Shown here: piece by piece, positions 30,160-41,595 of the stretch | Position numbering within the stretch: position 1 is the stretch's first letter | Layout of the letters: every line of letters starts with the position of its first letter | From: Nitrospirales bacterium | Lineage (GTDB): Bacteria > Nitrospirota > Nitrospiria > Nitrospirales > UBA8639 | Assembly (NCBI GenBank): GCA_963555755.3 | Contig: OY820905.2 | Location: 800,001-864,000, forward strand | DNA: 64,000 nucleotides | Direction of reading: 5' to 3' | Position numbers and translations under genes: made by a program | Notes under the pieces: model-generated | What the model was told of the DNA's origin: nothing | Database searches by the model: none | What the model saw: only the letters and a program-made list of their open reading frames with translations

Positions 30160-31558
30160 TACCTCGATTCGTGTTCGACTCACCATCTGGTATGGTTGCG
30201 GCTTAGCATTGATCATGATTTTGTTTGCCAGCGCCTTGTATCTCGTCATGTCTCGCGCATTGGAAGATCAAATCGACCGCTCACTCGAAGACGCTGCCAT
30301 GGCCGCGGCGCGCTCATTGGAAGAACATCGATTCGGGCCATTTCTGTTGCTCGACGACCTGGCACAAGCCTTCCCTGAACTCGCACTGCTGGACAAATTT
30401 TTTCAGATATTCGGGCCACAAGGGCAAATCACCCTGCAATCGGCCAACATTTCAACTCGAAATATTCCGTTAAGCGAATCGGCCATGCAAGCGGCCTTAA
30501 AAGGTGAACCCACTTATGAGTCCGTACGCTTGCAAGGTGAAATCTCGATTCGGCTCTTGTCGTATCCCATCAGGCACGGAGAAACCCTCGTCAATATCTT
30601 ACGAGTTGGGACCTCACTTCGGCCTGTTGAAGAAATGCTGAATCGCCTGATATTTGTGCTGCTGATTGGTTCTCCATTAGCTGTGATTGTCTCGATGCTC
30701 GGCGGATGGTTTTTGGCTGGCCGTGCCCTTCGTCCGGTCGATACCATCACCCTCGCGGCTCAGCGCATTGCCGCCGGAGACCTCACGCAACGAATTCACA
30801 CGACCTCTGCCGATGAAATTGGCCGACTGGCCTCAACCTTTAACGACATGATTGCCCGCCTCGAAGCCTCCATTCGGCAAATTCGGCAATTCAGCGCTGA
30901 CGCGTCACATGAATTACGCACACCATTGACCATTACCAAAGGGGAAACGGAACTGGCATTGAGAAAAGAGAGAACCCCGGAAGTCTATCGTGAAGTCTTG
31001 GAAAGTAACCTCGAAGAGATTGATCGCATGAGCCGGATCGTTGACGAACTATTGTTTTTGTCTCGCGCCGATCTGGGAGAAATAAAAATTGCCAAAGAAC
31101 CGGTCCAACTCGACCAATTGGTCCAGGAGATTCAACATCAAGCCATCGTACTGGGAAAGGATAGGGAGGTTGAGACCATCTTAGGAACGCTTGAACCAAC
31201 CGAAGTGGTTGGAGATGAATGGCGCCTTCGCGAGCTCTTCTTGAATATCGTGGATAACGCAGTCAAGTATTCTCAAGAAAAAGGCTCCGTAGAAATCAAC
31301 CTAGAGCACGCCAACGGTATGGCCAAAATATCGGTGCAGGATAATGGGATTGGCATCAGTCCCGATGAGCAAAAATTGGTGTTCGACCGATTCTTTCGTT
31401 CCGATACCGCTCGCGCCCATGCCCAGAAAGGCACAGGATTAGGCTTGGCCATTTGCAAATGGATCGCCGAAACGCACCAAGGCCAAATCCAGGTAGAAAG
31501 CACCCCAGGCCAAGGCTCCCGCTTCACCATATTCCTTCCTCTGCTTGGCCAAGCCTAA
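30152..31558 (+). CDS. HAMP sensor histidine kinase (CusS/CzcS-like)
   Basis: Two TM segments, HAMP, ADASHELRTPL, NAVKY, DNGIG, GTGLGL. Confidence 0.94.
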   Translation: MSNTSIRVRLTIWYGCGLALIMILFASALYLVMSRALEDQIDRSLEDAAMAAARSLEEHRFGPFLLLDDLAQAFPELALLDKFFQIFGPQGQITLQSANISTRNIPLSESAMQAALKGEPTYESVRLQGEISIRLLSYPIRHGETLVNILRVGTSLRPVEEMLNRLIFVLLIGSPLAVIVSMLGGWFLAGRALRPVDTITLAAQRIAAGDLTQRIHTTSADEIGRLASTFNDMIARLEASIRQIRQFSADASHELRTPLTITKGETELALRKERTPEVYREVLESNLEEIDRMSRIVDELLFLSRADLGEIKIAKEPVQLDQLVQEIQHQAIVLGKDREVETILGTLEPTEVVGDEWRLRELFLNIVDNAVKYSQEKGSVEINLEHANGMAKISVQDNGIGISPDEQKLVFDRFFRSDTARAHAQKGTGLGLAICKWIAETHQGQIQVESTPGQGSRFTIFLPLLGQA

Positions 31559-31707
31559 CGCCAAATATTTCCGGTTCCTTCTTCATGAGGATTGGGAAAA
31601 AAATAGCTGACCGTCCTTAGTCCCCACCCTCCACTTATCATTTCGACCCTTGGGAGAAATCTCTGCCTTCCCCTGACCTAGATTTCTCACTCCGTTCGAA
31701 ATGACAA
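31272..31707 (+). repeat. 436-bp direct repeat, copy 1 (copy 2 at 32612-33047)
   Basis: Kinase 3' end plus a downstream REP-like pair; about ten mismatches between copies by eye. Confidence 0.95.
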
Positions 31708-31857
31708 GACAGTCGGCGGGGACGAAATCCCTGAAATCTAATGGATGGCCAATGCCCCCCTCCAAACTTCTGAAGATTACGACTAGGCGAAAGAACTCCT
31801 TTTTGGTATCCTGCTATTCCATGCTTTGCAAACCTTAAAGGCCATAGGTGCAAAAAG

Positions 31858-32094
31858 ATGAAAACGTTGCCAGGTCGCATCATTGTTGACCCAGAACGCT
31901 GTAGCGGAAAACCGGTATTCTCAGGGACCCGTGTGCCAGTGTATGTGGTTTTGGAAATGCTGGCTAACGACGAGAGTCAAGAGGAAATATTAAAGGAATA
32001 TCCAAACTTGACCGCTGATGACCTTCACGATGCCTTGCTCTTTGCCAGAAATGTAGCGGAGATTCCAGGCAACCCCACCTTACCTGCGGCATGA
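31858..32094 (+). CDS. DUF433-family protein (putative antitoxin)
   Basis: RI..DP..CSGKPVF.GTRVPV..VLE.LA..EIL.EYP.L. Confidence 0.9.
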   Translation: MKTLPGRIIVDPERCSGKPVFSGTRVPVYVVLEMLANDESQEEILKEYPNLTADDLHDALLFARNVAEIPGNPTLPAA

Positions 32095-32438
32095 AGGTTG
32101 TCATCGATAACAACCTTCCGTGGAGTTTAGCGCGTTTACTGACCCAGAACGGTATTGAGGCGATTCATGTCGTTGACAAAGAACTTTCTGACGTATCGGA
32201 TGATGTTTTGCGGAAAACATTCTCAAAACAAGACATTGTGTTTGTTTCTCGCGACGCGGACTTTTGGACCAACCACCCACCAACTTGGGCAATAATATGG
32301 ATCGCCAGCCATAATCCCACCTTAGCCCAAATCAAAGGATCGATTTACAAGACGCTAGCCAACATAATCCCGACCTTGAAGCCCGGACAAAGAGTCCTTT
32401 TAGCAACGGACCAAATCCGAATCTTTGAAGAGAAGTGA
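32091..32438 (+). CDS. DUF5615/PIN-like protein (putative toxin)
   Basis: MKVVIDNNL, AIHV, SD, VS.DADF; ATGA overlap with the DUF433 gene. Confidence 0.82.
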   Translation: MKVVIDNNLPWSLARLLTQNGIEAIHVVDKELSDVSDDVLRKTFSKQDIVFVSRDADFWTNHPPTWAIIWIASHNPTLAQIKGSIYKTLANIIPTLKPGQRVLLATDQIRIFEEK

Positions 32439-32611
32439 AGCCAAAACATAAGGCTGGAAATACAGGACGAGGAATAGTCAAGGGGCAGGGTGCTTGATTC
32501 AATTCTGATTAATTTCAAGTACTGCTTCGTAGTTCGGAATAGCAGGAAAGGTAGGAATGGTAGCATTGCCCAAAACCCATAATACATTAGTAAATATGAT
32601 TGACCCCTTTA

Positions 32612-32898
32612 CTCAAGAAAAAGGCTCCGTAGAAATCAACCTAGAGCACGCCAACGGTATGGCCAAAATATCGGTGCAGGATAATGGGATTGGCATCAGT
32701 CCCGATGAGCAAAAATTGGTGTTCGACCGCTTCTTTCGTTCCGATACCGCTCGCGCCCATGCCCAGAAAGGCACAGGATTAGGCTTGGCCATTTGCAAAT
32801 GGATCGCCGAAACGCACCAAGGCCAAATCCAAGTCGAAAGCACCCCAGGCCAAGGCTCCCGCTTCACCATTTTCCTTCCACTGCACAGCCAAGCCTAA
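32612..32898 (+). pseudogene. Duplicated 3' fragment of the histidine kinase (HATPase part)
   Basis: Nearly identical to 31272-31558 and lacks the 5' part. Confidence 0.9.
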
Positions 32899-33335
32899 CG
32901 CCAAATATTTCCGGTTCCTTCTTCATGAGGATTGGGAAAAAAATAGCTGACCGTCCTTAGTCCCCACCCTCCACTTGTCATTTCGACCCTTGGGAGAAAT
33001 CTCTGCCTTCCCCTGATCTAGATTTCTCACTCCGTTCGAAATGACAATGAAATCGCATTGGGAGCGGCGAAGCGTACGTGTTCGGTGGAAAAGCAGTTCA
33101 GAGCCATATTGAATAAATACATCAATAGTAATGCCTGACCCCATTTCCTAAGCTCGATCACTTCGTGCGATGCCTAGAAAGCCTTTCAAGTGGGGCAGTC
33201 GAAATGTTGAGCGTTGTAATATCCCCAGCAAGGAAAGAAGCCCGCATTGACACACTCTCCGAGTCTTTCAGATATAACTTCAGCAGTTTGAATTCTAAAT
33301 TTTCAAACCTTTCACCATTCTCGGTAATTCGGTAA

Positions 33336-33586
33336 TATAGTGGACCCCAGAATTCAGACCACAGGTTTAGTAAGATGAGGCCGTGGTTTGAAAGGGGGAC
33401 GCGATGGGGAAAATACGGGTCAGGCATAGTGCAGAATTTAAGGCCAAGGTGGCTCTTGAAGCGTTGAAAGGGCTGAAGACGGTCAACGAGTTGGCCGGAC
33501 AGTATCAACTACACCCGACGCAGATCAGCCAATGGAAGCGGCAGGTGCAAGGAGGAGCGAAAGACCTGTTTGCTCGAGGGCCGAAA
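33336..33586 (+). mobile_element. IS3-family remnant (left end plus truncated orfA from 33404)
   Basis: TAGTGGACCCC end; HSAEFKAKVALEALKG.KTVNELA..Y..HPTQI.QWK. Confidence 0.82.
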
Positions 33587-33756
33587 AAGGGGACGCTACC
33601 CTTTTATTCACCCTGAACTCCCAAGACGATCTCAAAAGCACAGAAACCCTGGATCTCCGATAAAAGCAGTCGGGGATGACGGCAGGGAACATTGATGGGC
33701 CACGCCGAACCAATCGGCTTCGATCAATCGAAACGTACGCTGTTCAATTCTTCTGC

Positions 33757-34071
33757 TGCGTTGGGCGCGGCGGAGCCGGAGTACCGAATCGGCCTTTTTG
33801 GCGAAGGCTGTTTGAGCGCAGCGAGTTCCTGAGCCATCTTATTCGGTGCGGAGGCGGAGGGACCCGGAAGAGAATGATCAAAACGTCCGTCAGCGGCGTT
33901 CTCGGCCCTTTGCCGTGCTCACGTACTACGCGTACGCTGCGCGCGCCAAAGCGCCTGCGGCCTTGCTGACGAACGTTTTGATCATTCTCTGGAGGGCCGC
34001 GCACAGGCAAAAATGGTTTGGGGTGCTTTTGCCGAAACAAAAGTGCCTCGTCATGCAGGGGCGAAACCCTG
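33757..34071. repeat. Repeat H containing a MITE-C-like core (33869-33990)
   Basis: Inner IR AGAGAATGATCAAAACGT with GGA on both sides; the intron target site is empty in this copy. Confidence 0.8.
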
Positions 34072-34100
34072 TTTTTAAATAAAAGGATTAATTGGAAAAT

Positions 34101-36353
34101 TTAAGACTGAGGGATTGGCTTAAAAAACACTGCCGAGAGCGGAGGAAGAGTAATCACCATCGAATGGGATTGGCCATGCCAGGGCATTTCTTCAGCAGTC
34201 GCGCCGCCGGCATTGCCCATATTACTCCCCCCATAGATGGCCGCATCACTATTAAGAAGTTCTTGATAATGTCCACCGAGGGGGACACCTAACCGATAAC
34301 CTTCCCGCGGGATAGGCGTAAAATTAAACACACAAACAATTTGGTCTGACTGATCCTTAGCTCGCCGAATATAAGAGAGCGTGGATTGGTCGCTGTCGTG
34401 CAGGTCGATCCATTGAAACCCTGTCCAATCAAAATCCACCTGATGGAGAGCGGGCTCTTTCACATACAAACGATTGAGATCAGCCACATACTTTTGCAAT
34501 CCTTGATGAGGTGCGTATTCCAATAAATGCCACTGCACGCTATCTTCATGATTCCATTCCCACCATTGCCCAAACTCACCACCCATGAAGATCATCTTCT
34601 TTCCCGGATGCCCCCACATGTGGCCGAACAACGCACGGAGATTGGCAAACCGTTGCCACTGGTCTCCTGGCATTTTATCCAGCAAGGCCTTCTTGCCGTG
34701 CACCACTTCATCATGGGAAAGGACTAACACGAAATTTTCCGTGAACGCATAGATTAATCCAAACGTCACATTGTGGTGATGATATTTACGATGCACGGAG
34801 TCTTCGCTGAAATACTTCAATGTATCGTGCATCCAGCCCATGTTCCATTTAAACGTAAATCCGAGGCCGCCGACATAGGTGGGGCGAGAGACGCCAGTCC
34901 AAGCGGTCGATTCCTCCGCAATCATCATGACGCCCGGATGTTCCTGATGCACCATCACGTTTAGCTCTTTGAGAAATTCCACTGCTCCAAGGTTTTCATT
35001 TCCACCATGTTGATTCGGCACCCATTCACCAGCTTTTCTGGCATAATCCAAATACAACATGGAGGCCACGGCATCCACGCGCAAGCCATCAATGTGATAC
35101 CGATCGAACCACAGCAAGGCGCTATTGATCAGAAAGTTTCTGACCTCCGTCCGGCCGTAATTAAATATCCGGCTTTTCCATTCGGGGTGATACCCCAATC
35201 GAGGGTCGGAGTGGTCAAATAAATGCGTGCCATCAAACCAGGCCAACCCATGCGGGTCATCGGGAAAATGCGCGGGTGCCCAATCCATGATGACACCGAT
35301 CTTTGCATGATGGCAGGCATCGACAAACGCCTTGAAATCCTCAGCAGATCCAAACCGGCTTGTTGGGGCAAAGTACCCAGTGGATTGATAGCCCCATGAT
35401 CCATCAAAGGGGTGCTCCACCACCGGCATCAACTCGATATGCGTAAAGCCCATGTCCTTGACGTAGGGAATGAGTTGTTCGGCAAGCTCTGAATAGGTCA
35501 ACCACCGTCCGCCTTCTTCTGTCACTCGCTTCCACGATCCCAAGTGCACTTCATAGATCGAAAGGGGTTCGGCTAACAGATCGAGGGATTGCCGCGCGTG
35601 TATCCATCCGGCATCTTTCCATTGGTACCCAGACACATCCCGGACAATCGATGCGGTCTGTGGACGCAGCTCGGCCTGCGTGGCATATGGATCGGCTTTG
35701 AGCAAGGGGACTGCACTATCCTTCGGTCGAATTTCATATTTATACTTTTCCCCTTCAGGCAGATCGGGCATAAACAATTCCCAAATCCCGGTACTCCCTC
35801 GCGAGCGCATGGGATTCCGACGACCATCCCACCCATTGAAATCTCCGACCACACTCACGCGCATGGCATTCGGCGCCCACACGGCAAAATTCACACCATG
35901 GACTTTTTGATGTTCACACGGGTGCGCACCCAGCTTTTCATATGCCTGATACAACTTCCCCTCACCAAAGAGATGCAGATCAAATTCGCTCAGGACTGGT
36001 GAAAAAGCGTAGGGATCATGCCCCTCGGTCGTTTTCCCTTTGGAATCGGTCACCCGGAACCGGTATCCGTCCGGTGTCATGCGTTCAGTGCACACAGCCT
36101 CAAAAATTCCTTTGGGATGGACAACTTGCATGGGAATAGGATCGAGAGTGGAATCGGCAGGGACCACCACAGCGGTGGCAGCATCAGGCAGAAACGCCCG
36201 AATAAAAAAGGATTGACGACCCTCCCGCTTTTCCTCGTGAGGTCCGAGGACGGCAAACGGATCCCAACACTCTGCTGAAATAATTTCTTCAAAGGTATCG
36301 GGGTATACGGATTTGGTAGATTCGTTTATACTCTTACGCGATTGTTTTTTCAT
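34101..36353 (-). CDS. glgB: 1,4-alpha-glucan branching enzyme
   Basis: [46 protein letters not shown]. Confidence 0.97.
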   Translation of the reverse strand: MKKQSRKSINESTKSVYPDTFEEIISAECWDPFAVLGPHEEKREGRQSFFIRAFLPDAATAVVVPADSTLDPIPMQVVHPKGIFEAVCTERMTPDGYRFRVTDSKGKTTEGHDPYAFSPVLSEFDLHLFGEGKLYQAYEKLGAHPCEHQKVHGVNFAVWAPNAMRVSVVGDFNGWDGRRNPMRSRGSTGIWELFMPDLPEGEKYKYEIRPKDSAVPLLKADPYATQAELRPQTASIVRDVSGYQWKDAGWIHARQSLDLLAEPLSIYEVHLGSWKRVTEEGGRWLTYSELAEQLIPYVKDMGFTHIELMPVVEHPFDGSWGYQSTGYFAPTSRFGSAEDFKAFVDACHHAKIGVIMDWAPAHFPDDPHGLAWFDGTHLFDHSDPRLGYHPEWKSRIFNYGRTEVRNFLINSALLWFDRYHIDGLRVDAVASMLYLDYARKAGEWVPNQHGGNENLGAVEFLKELNVMVHQEHPGVMMIAEESTAWTGVSRPTYVGGLGFTFKWNMGWMHDTLKYFSEDSVHRKYHHHNVTFGLIYAFTENFVLVLSHDEVVHGKKALLDKMPGDQWQRFANLRALFGHMWGHPGKKMIFMGGEFGQWWEWNHEDSVQWHLLEYAPHQGLQKYVADLNRLYVKEPALHQVDFDWTGFQWIDLHDSDQSTLSYIRRAKDQSDQIVCVFNFTPIPREGYRLGVPLGGHYQELLNSDAAIYGGSNMGNAGGATAEEMPWHGQSHSMVITLPPLSAVFFKPIPQS

Positions 36354-36377
36354 GGAATTGAACCTTCAAACTAACTA

Positions 36378-36656
36378 ATGCCCTTTTCGCTCATTGCGGC
36401 ACTGATCATTGTCTTTTTCGCGGTCGCCTTTTCTTTACAAAATGACCAAATGGTTGCGATTACATTTTTTCAATGGGACTTTCAGGGCTCTCTAGTCCTA
36501 GTATTATTGACCACCCTGTTTCTGGGCATGCTGATTCACCTGTTGGCATCGATGCCTGCACGAATCAGGAAATCACGACACGCGTCACAATTACAGAAAA
36601 GGATTGCCGAATTAGAACATTCGCTTTCGGAAAAAGTTCAACCACCAAACCATTGA
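36378..36656 (+). CDS. LapA-family (DUF1049-type) membrane protein
   Basis: F..QN...V.ITFF.W...GSL.LVLL followed by a coiled-coil tail. Confidence 0.8.
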   Translation: MPFSLIAALIIVFFAVAFSLQNDQMVAITFFQWDFQGSLVLVLLTTLFLGMLIHLLASMPARIRKSRHASQLQKRIAELEHSLSEKVQPPNH

Positions 36657-36731
36657 CTTAGGACCTGAGGTCCTAAGAGCGTACTCTAGATTATCCATTA
36701 AAGAAACCCTTAACCTTGACCGGGAGACAGT

Positions 36732-37988
36732 GTGGTAGAACGATCCCCTCAACGTGTGTTGGCCATTATCATGGCAGGCGGCAAAGGCGAACGCCTCATG
36801 CCCCTCACCGAACAACGCAGCAAGCCGGCTGTTCCGTTTGCTGGCACCTACCGTATCGTGGATTTCGTCCTGAGCAATTTCTTGAATTCCGGCGTCCTGG
36901 CCATGTATGTGCTGGTCCAATACCGTTCGCAATCGCTGATTGAACATCTTCGACGGGCCTGGCGAATTGGCGGCCCTAATCGCCAGTCCTTTATTACCGT
37001 GGTCCCACCACAAATGAAAGGCCGTGGGAAATGGTATGAAGGCACTGCTGATGCGGTATTTCAGAATCTGAACATTGTGCAAGATTTTGCGCCAAACCTT
37101 GTGGCCGTCTTTGGCGCGGATCATATATACCGGATGGATCTTCGGCAAATGATTCAGTTCCACTTGGACAACCAGGCTGATGTGACTATAGCCGCACTGC
37201 CCGTGCCCATCCAATCCGCCAAAGGGTTCGGCATTATCCAGACCGATGCGGACCAACGAATCAAAGGGTTTGAAGAAAAGCCCAAACACCCGAAACCCAT
37301 GCCCGGCAATCCGAACATGGCGTTTTCGTCAATGGGCAATTACATTTTCAATGTGGATGTTCTCATGAAAGCCCTGGAGCAGGATGCCCGAAGTCCCGGC
37401 TCCCATGACTTCGGTCGTGACATCATCCCCTCCCTCATACGATCCCACAAAATGATGGCCTATAACTTTTTGGACAATGTGGTGCTTGGCGTCCATCCGT
37501 ATGAAGAATGGGGGTATTGGCGTGACGTCGGAACGCTCGAAGCCTATTGGCAAGCCCACATGGACATCCTCGGCGAGAACCCGATATTCGATCTCCGCAA
37601 TGTCAATTGGCCGATTACGACGGATGCGTCGGGGGAACCCATCGCCAGTGTCGTTCGGTCTCAGTTAGATGACGCAATGGTCGGGCAAGGCAGCCTAGTC
37701 GTTGATGCCAATATCCGTCGATCAGTCATCGGCCGCAACGTCAGAATTGGGGAGGGAGCGGACATTGAAGAATGCGTGATTCTCGATGGCACAGTCGTGG
37801 GCTCCAAAGCTCGGTTGCGTCGCGTGATTTCCGACCGCTTTAATCTGATCCCCCCCGGGACTGAATTAGGATATGAAAAACTTCAAGACAATAACATTCA
37901 GTACTCCGTCGATAAGTCTGGCATCATCGTTCTCCCTCGCGGGCACTCGTATGGTGGCCGGGCTGTTCCTCCAATCCCTAACCCTTAA
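36732..37988 (+). CDS. glgC: Glucose-1-phosphate adenylyltransferase
   Basis: MAGGKGERL.PLT..RSKPAVPF, GTADAV.QN, ADHIYRMD, DFGRDIIP, YWRDVGT. Confidence 0.96.
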   Translation: MVERSPQRVLAIIMAGGKGERLMPLTEQRSKPAVPFAGTYRIVDFVLSNFLNSGVLAMYVLVQYRSQSLIEHLRRAWRIGGPNRQSFITVVPPQMKGRGKWYEGTADAVFQNLNIVQDFAPNLVAVFGADHIYRMDLRQMIQFHLDNQADVTIAALPVPIQSAKGFGIIQTDADQRIKGFEEKPKHPKPMPGNPNMAFSSMGNYIFNVDVLMKALEQDARSPGSHDFGRDIIPSLIRSHKMMAYNFLDNVVLGVHPYEEWGYWRDVGTLEAYWQAHMDILGENPIFDLRNVNWPITTDASGEPIASVVRSQLDDAMVGQGSLVVDANIRRSVIGRNVRIGEGADIEECVILDGTVVGSKARLRRVISDRFNLIPPGTELGYEKLQDNNIQYSVDKSGIIVLPRGHSYGGRAVPPIPNP

Positions 37989-38173
37989 CAGAGCCAATAC
38001 GGCTTCATCAGGGCTCATGGGAAGCCGAACTTCTGAACCCCTGATGCTCTTCCACCGTACAGCCAGCGAGCAGGCACATTCCACACATGTGACGGTATGA
38101 AGCTTTTGAATAATTCCAAAAAACTTCACAATGGCGACTTTGGCCTAACCTCCTCAAATGTCAGGAGCAAAGT

Positions 38174-38293
38174 GGGCTGTTCAAAAAGGCTCGTCCAGCA
38201 AGGCTGCAGGCCCGTTGGCGCGCGGAGCGTACACGGAGTACGTGAGCACGACAACGGGCCGAGAACGCCGCTGGCGACCTTTTTCAACAGTCC
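38174..38293. mobile_element. MITE-C core (short, diverged)
   Basis: GGCTGTTCAAAAAGG..CCTTTTTCAACAGTCC around the shared GGAGCGTAC..GTACGTGAGCACG core. Confidence 0.8.
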
Positions 38294-38305
38294 ACCGGTG
38301 TCAAC

Positions 38306-41203
38306 ATGACCACACCTCGCGTTCCCATCTCCACCTACCGCTTGCAATTGAACCAACACTGTACGTTTCAGGATGCCACGCAGATCATTCCTTATCTCCA
38401 CAATTTAGGAATCTCCGACTGTTATACCTCGCCATATTTGCAATCTGCCCCAGGCAGTCTCCACGGCTATGACGTAGTTGACCCCACGCAGCTCAATTCC
38501 GAACTGGGGACTCAGGACGATTACCAGACCTTTATTCAAGCCTTGGCAGACCAGGAGATGGGACACATTCTAGATATTGTTCCCAACCACATGAACATCG
38601 CCGGGCCAGGGAATGCGTGGTGGCAGGACGTGTTGGAGAATGGGCCAAGCTCCCACTACGCCGATTTCTTCGACATTAACTGGCATCCCGTCAAACCCGA
38701 GTTAGACAACAAGGTCTTGCTGCCTATCTTAGGGGATCAATTTGGCATAGTGCTGGAAAACGGTGAGATCACGCTGTCGTATCAACACGGGAGGTTTTCT
38801 CTCCAGTACTATGAACACCAACTCCCCGTTGACCCTAGCACCTGGGCCCTTATCTTGAGTTTCCGGATCGAGGAGCTCATGGAGCAACATGATCCAACCC
38901 ACGCTGACATTCAGGAACTCCAAAGCATCATTACGGCCTTATCAAATTTGCCGAACCGAAACGACCGCAATCCTCATCACATCACGGAACGCTATCGCGA
39001 AAATGAAGTCATCACACGCCGGTTGACCACTGTGATGAAAGAGAGCCAGCTCATTGCGGACTTTCTCAACGAAAACATTCGACGCTTTAACGGGACCCCG
39101 GGAACCCCTCGAAGCTTTGACCTCCTTGATACACTGCTCGGCGAGCAAGCCTACCGTTTGGCCTTTTGGCAAGTCGCCGCCGAGGAAATCAATTATCGCC
39201 GGTTTTTCGATATCAACCAATTGGCTGCCATTCGAGTCGAACGGCCCAAGGTCTTTCAACGCACGCACGAATTTATTTTTTCTCTCATTAAGGCCGGGGC
39301 CGTCAGCGGACTCCGAATCGATCATGTCGATGGGTTGTACCATCCTAGAAAATATCTTCAGCAATGGCAGGAATGGGCCCAAAAAGAATTAGGCCTGCCG
39401 GCTGATCATAAAGGACGGGCACTCTTCATTGTGGTCGAAAAAATCTTGGGCAAAGGAGAAATGCTCTCGGAAGAATGGCCCATTTTTGGCACCACCGGGT
39501 ATGACTTTCTCGGCCTGGTCAATAACCTGTTCATCGACGCTTTTCATAAACGTGGTCTGGATGCGGCATACATCCGATTCACCAAGAACCCGATGCCCTT
39601 TGAGGATTTAGCCTATCACTCCAAAAAATTGATCATGAGCAGCTCAATGCCAAGCGAGCTGAATACCCTCGGGCATCAGCTCAATGTGCTCTCCGAAAAA
39701 AATCGTCACTCCCGAGACTTTCCCCTCAATAGCTTGACCTATGCCTTGCGTGAAATCATCGCGTGTTTCCCGGTCTATCGCACGTATGTCACACCAGACC
39801 CCAGAGAACCCATTACCGACCGTGATCGAGCCTATATTCGTCTCGCTGTCATTCAAGCCAAACGAAAAAATCCAACCACGAATAGCCACGTGTTTGATTT
39901 CATTCAAGAACTGTTGCTGAAAACTCCAACCGACAATGCCCATCTGCAATGGTCGGAAGTCCATCCCTTTGTCATGAAATTCCAACAAACCACCAGTCCG
40001 GTCACTGCCAAAGGGGTGGAGGACACCGCCTTCTATTTATATAACCGTTTGATCTCACTCAACGAAGTCGGTGGGGAACCCTCGCAATTTGGCACACCAC
40101 TGTCAGCTTTTCATGAACGCATGCGGGAGCGCCAACACCTCTGGCCCTCCAGTATCTCGGCCACCTCCACCCACGATACCAAACGTAGCGAAGACGTACG
40201 CGCGCGCATCCATGTGCTCTCGGAAATGCCTAAAGAATGGAAGGCGTGTATTACCAGATGGCATCGGCTCAACAAGAAAAAGAAAACACGTCTCGACGGC
40301 CAAGACGTGCCCAACCGAAACGAAGAATATCTACTCTACCAAACCCTCGTGGGCGCTTGGCCCTTTGCTCCCCTGAATTCCTCCATCTACGAGGATTTTT
40401 GTCAACGCATGGAACAGTACATGCTCAAAGCCCTGAGGGAGGCTAAAGCACACACCAGTTGGATCAATCCCAATGAAAACTATGAGCAAGCTGTCTGTAC
40501 TTTTGCGCGAAACATCCTCGACCCCAGACAGTCATCGCAGTTTCTTGAAGATTTCCTTCCTTTCCAGGACACCATTGCGCGATATGGGATGTATAATGCT
40601 CTGAGCCAGCTCGTCTTGAAAATTGCCGCCCCCGGCATTCCCGACTTCTATCAAGGGACGGAGTTGTGGGACTTTAGCCTGGTAGACCCGGATAACCGTC
40701 GGCCTATCGACTATATCCACCGACAACAGCTCCTCATACAACTCGAATCAGATGAACAAGATGCCCCTGAAGATTTCTTTCATACGCTGTTGAGCCACTA
40801 TACCGATGGTCGAATCAAGCTCTATATCACACAAGCCTTACTGAACTTCCGACGTCAGCACCATGCCCTGTTTCAGGATGGCGACTATCACCCCCTTGAA
40901 ACTCTTGGCGAAAAGCGGCACCATCTCTGTGCATTTCAACGAACATGGAAAGAGACAACTATTTTGATCGTGGTGCCGAGGCTCTTACACCACGTCATCC
41001 CCAACCCCGAAGAACTTGCACTCGGTGAATCTGTCTGGTGTGATACACTAATCAAGCTTTCCGACCACACTTCAGAATCCCAATATCGTAACGTGTTAAC
41101 CAAGGAAACGATTTCGACCGTCACCATAGATCAGCAGCACGTATTGCCAGTCGCGAACATTTTTCACTACTTGCCTGTAGCCTTGATGGAGCACATACCA
41201 TGA
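38306..41203 (+). CDS. treY: Malto-oligosyltrehalose synthase
   Basis: STYRLQ, SLHGYDVVD, DIVPNHM, NYRRFFDI, LRIDHVDGL, STHDTKRSEDVR, LVDPDNRRP. Confidence 0.96.
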   Translation: MTTPRVPISTYRLQLNQHCTFQDATQIIPYLHNLGISDCYTSPYLQSAPGSLHGYDVVDPTQLNSELGTQDDYQTFIQALADQEMGHILDIVPNHMNIAGPGNAWWQDVLENGPSSHYADFFDINWHPVKPELDNKVLLPILGDQFGIVLENGEITLSYQHGRFSLQYYEHQLPVDPSTWALILSFRIEELMEQHDPTHADIQELQSIITALSNLPNRNDRNPHHITERYRENEVITRRLTTVMKESQLIADFLNENIRRFNGTPGTPRSFDLLDTLLGEQAYRLAFWQVAAEEINYRRFFDINQLAAIRVERPKVFQRTHEFIFSLIKAGAVSGLRIDHVDGLYHPRKYLQQWQEWAQKELGLPADHKGRALFIVVEKILGKGEMLSEEWPIFGTTGYDFLGLVNNLFIDAFHKRGLDAAYIRFTKNPMPFEDLAYHSKKLIMSSSMPSELNTLGHQLNVLSEKNRHSRDFPLNSLTYALREIIACFPVYRTYVTPDPREPITDRDRAYIRLAVIQAKRKNPTTNSHVFDFIQELLLKTPTDNAHLQWSEVHPFVMKFQQTTSPVTAKGVEDTAFYLYNRLISLNEVGGEPSQFGTPLSAFHERMRERQHLWPSSISATSTHDTKRSEDVRARIHVLSEMPKEWKACITRWHRLNKKKKTRLDGQDVPNRNEEYLLYQTLVGAWPFAPLNSSIYEDFCQRMEQYMLKALREAKAHTSWINPNENYEQAVCTFARNILDPRQSSQFLEDFLPFQDTIARYGMYNALSQLVLKIAAPGIPDFYQGTELWDFSLVDPDNRRPIDYIHRQQLLIQLESDEQDAPEDFFHTLLSHYTDGRIKLYITQALLNFRRQHHALFQDGDYHPLETLGEKRHHLCAFQRTWKETTILIVVPRLLHHVIPNPEELALGESVWCDTLIKLSDHTSESQYRNVLTKETISTVTIDQQHVLPVANIFHYLPVALMEHIP

Positions 41204-41451
41204 CCCCTCTTTCATCTGATTCGACCAATCATACGAACCAAGAATCACGCTCCAACCCGTCCTCTCCAGAGGACGTCCTTGGGTGGGAAGGACATGTCAA
41301 TGTCCCCAGTTCCCCACTATGGACGAAACTCCTGGGTAACTGGCCTGAACTTCGTACAGGATTGGCGTTTAGTATAGTATTTGTCGTGGGAGCGGTAGTC
41401 GGAAGTAGTGTCGCGCTTCTCTTTGGTTGCAATCGTACAAAATCGGAGTAA
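41200..41451 (+). CDS. Small hypothetical membrane protein
   Basis: ATGA overlap with treY; one TM segment; stop codon supplied by MITE-F. Confidence 0.55.
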   Translation: MTPLSSDSTNHTNQESRSNPSSPEDVLGWEGHVNVPSSPLWTKLLGNWPELRTGLAFSIVFVVGAVVGSSVALLFGCNRTKSE

Positions 41452-41580
41452 CTACTCAGGTGGATAGGCTGAAGGCCGAAGGCTTTTAGGAAGCCATCAT
41501 ATATGATCATACAAAACGCCGGGCATTACGAGGATTATCCTTCGGTCTTTAGCCTTCAGCCTAAATACCTGAGTAGATAC
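41448..41580. mobile_element. MITE-F (133 bp)
   Basis: TIR GTAACTACTCAGG/CCTGAGTAGATAC; flanks AAATCGGA / AAATCAGA. Confidence 0.8.
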
Positions 41581-41595
41581 AAATCAGAAGACTAA

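Noticed and set aside
31272..33047. Diversity-generating retroelement TR/VR pair
   Set aside because: Mismatches are not confined to adenines of one copy, the repeat is a kinase end, and the RTs in the window are group II type.
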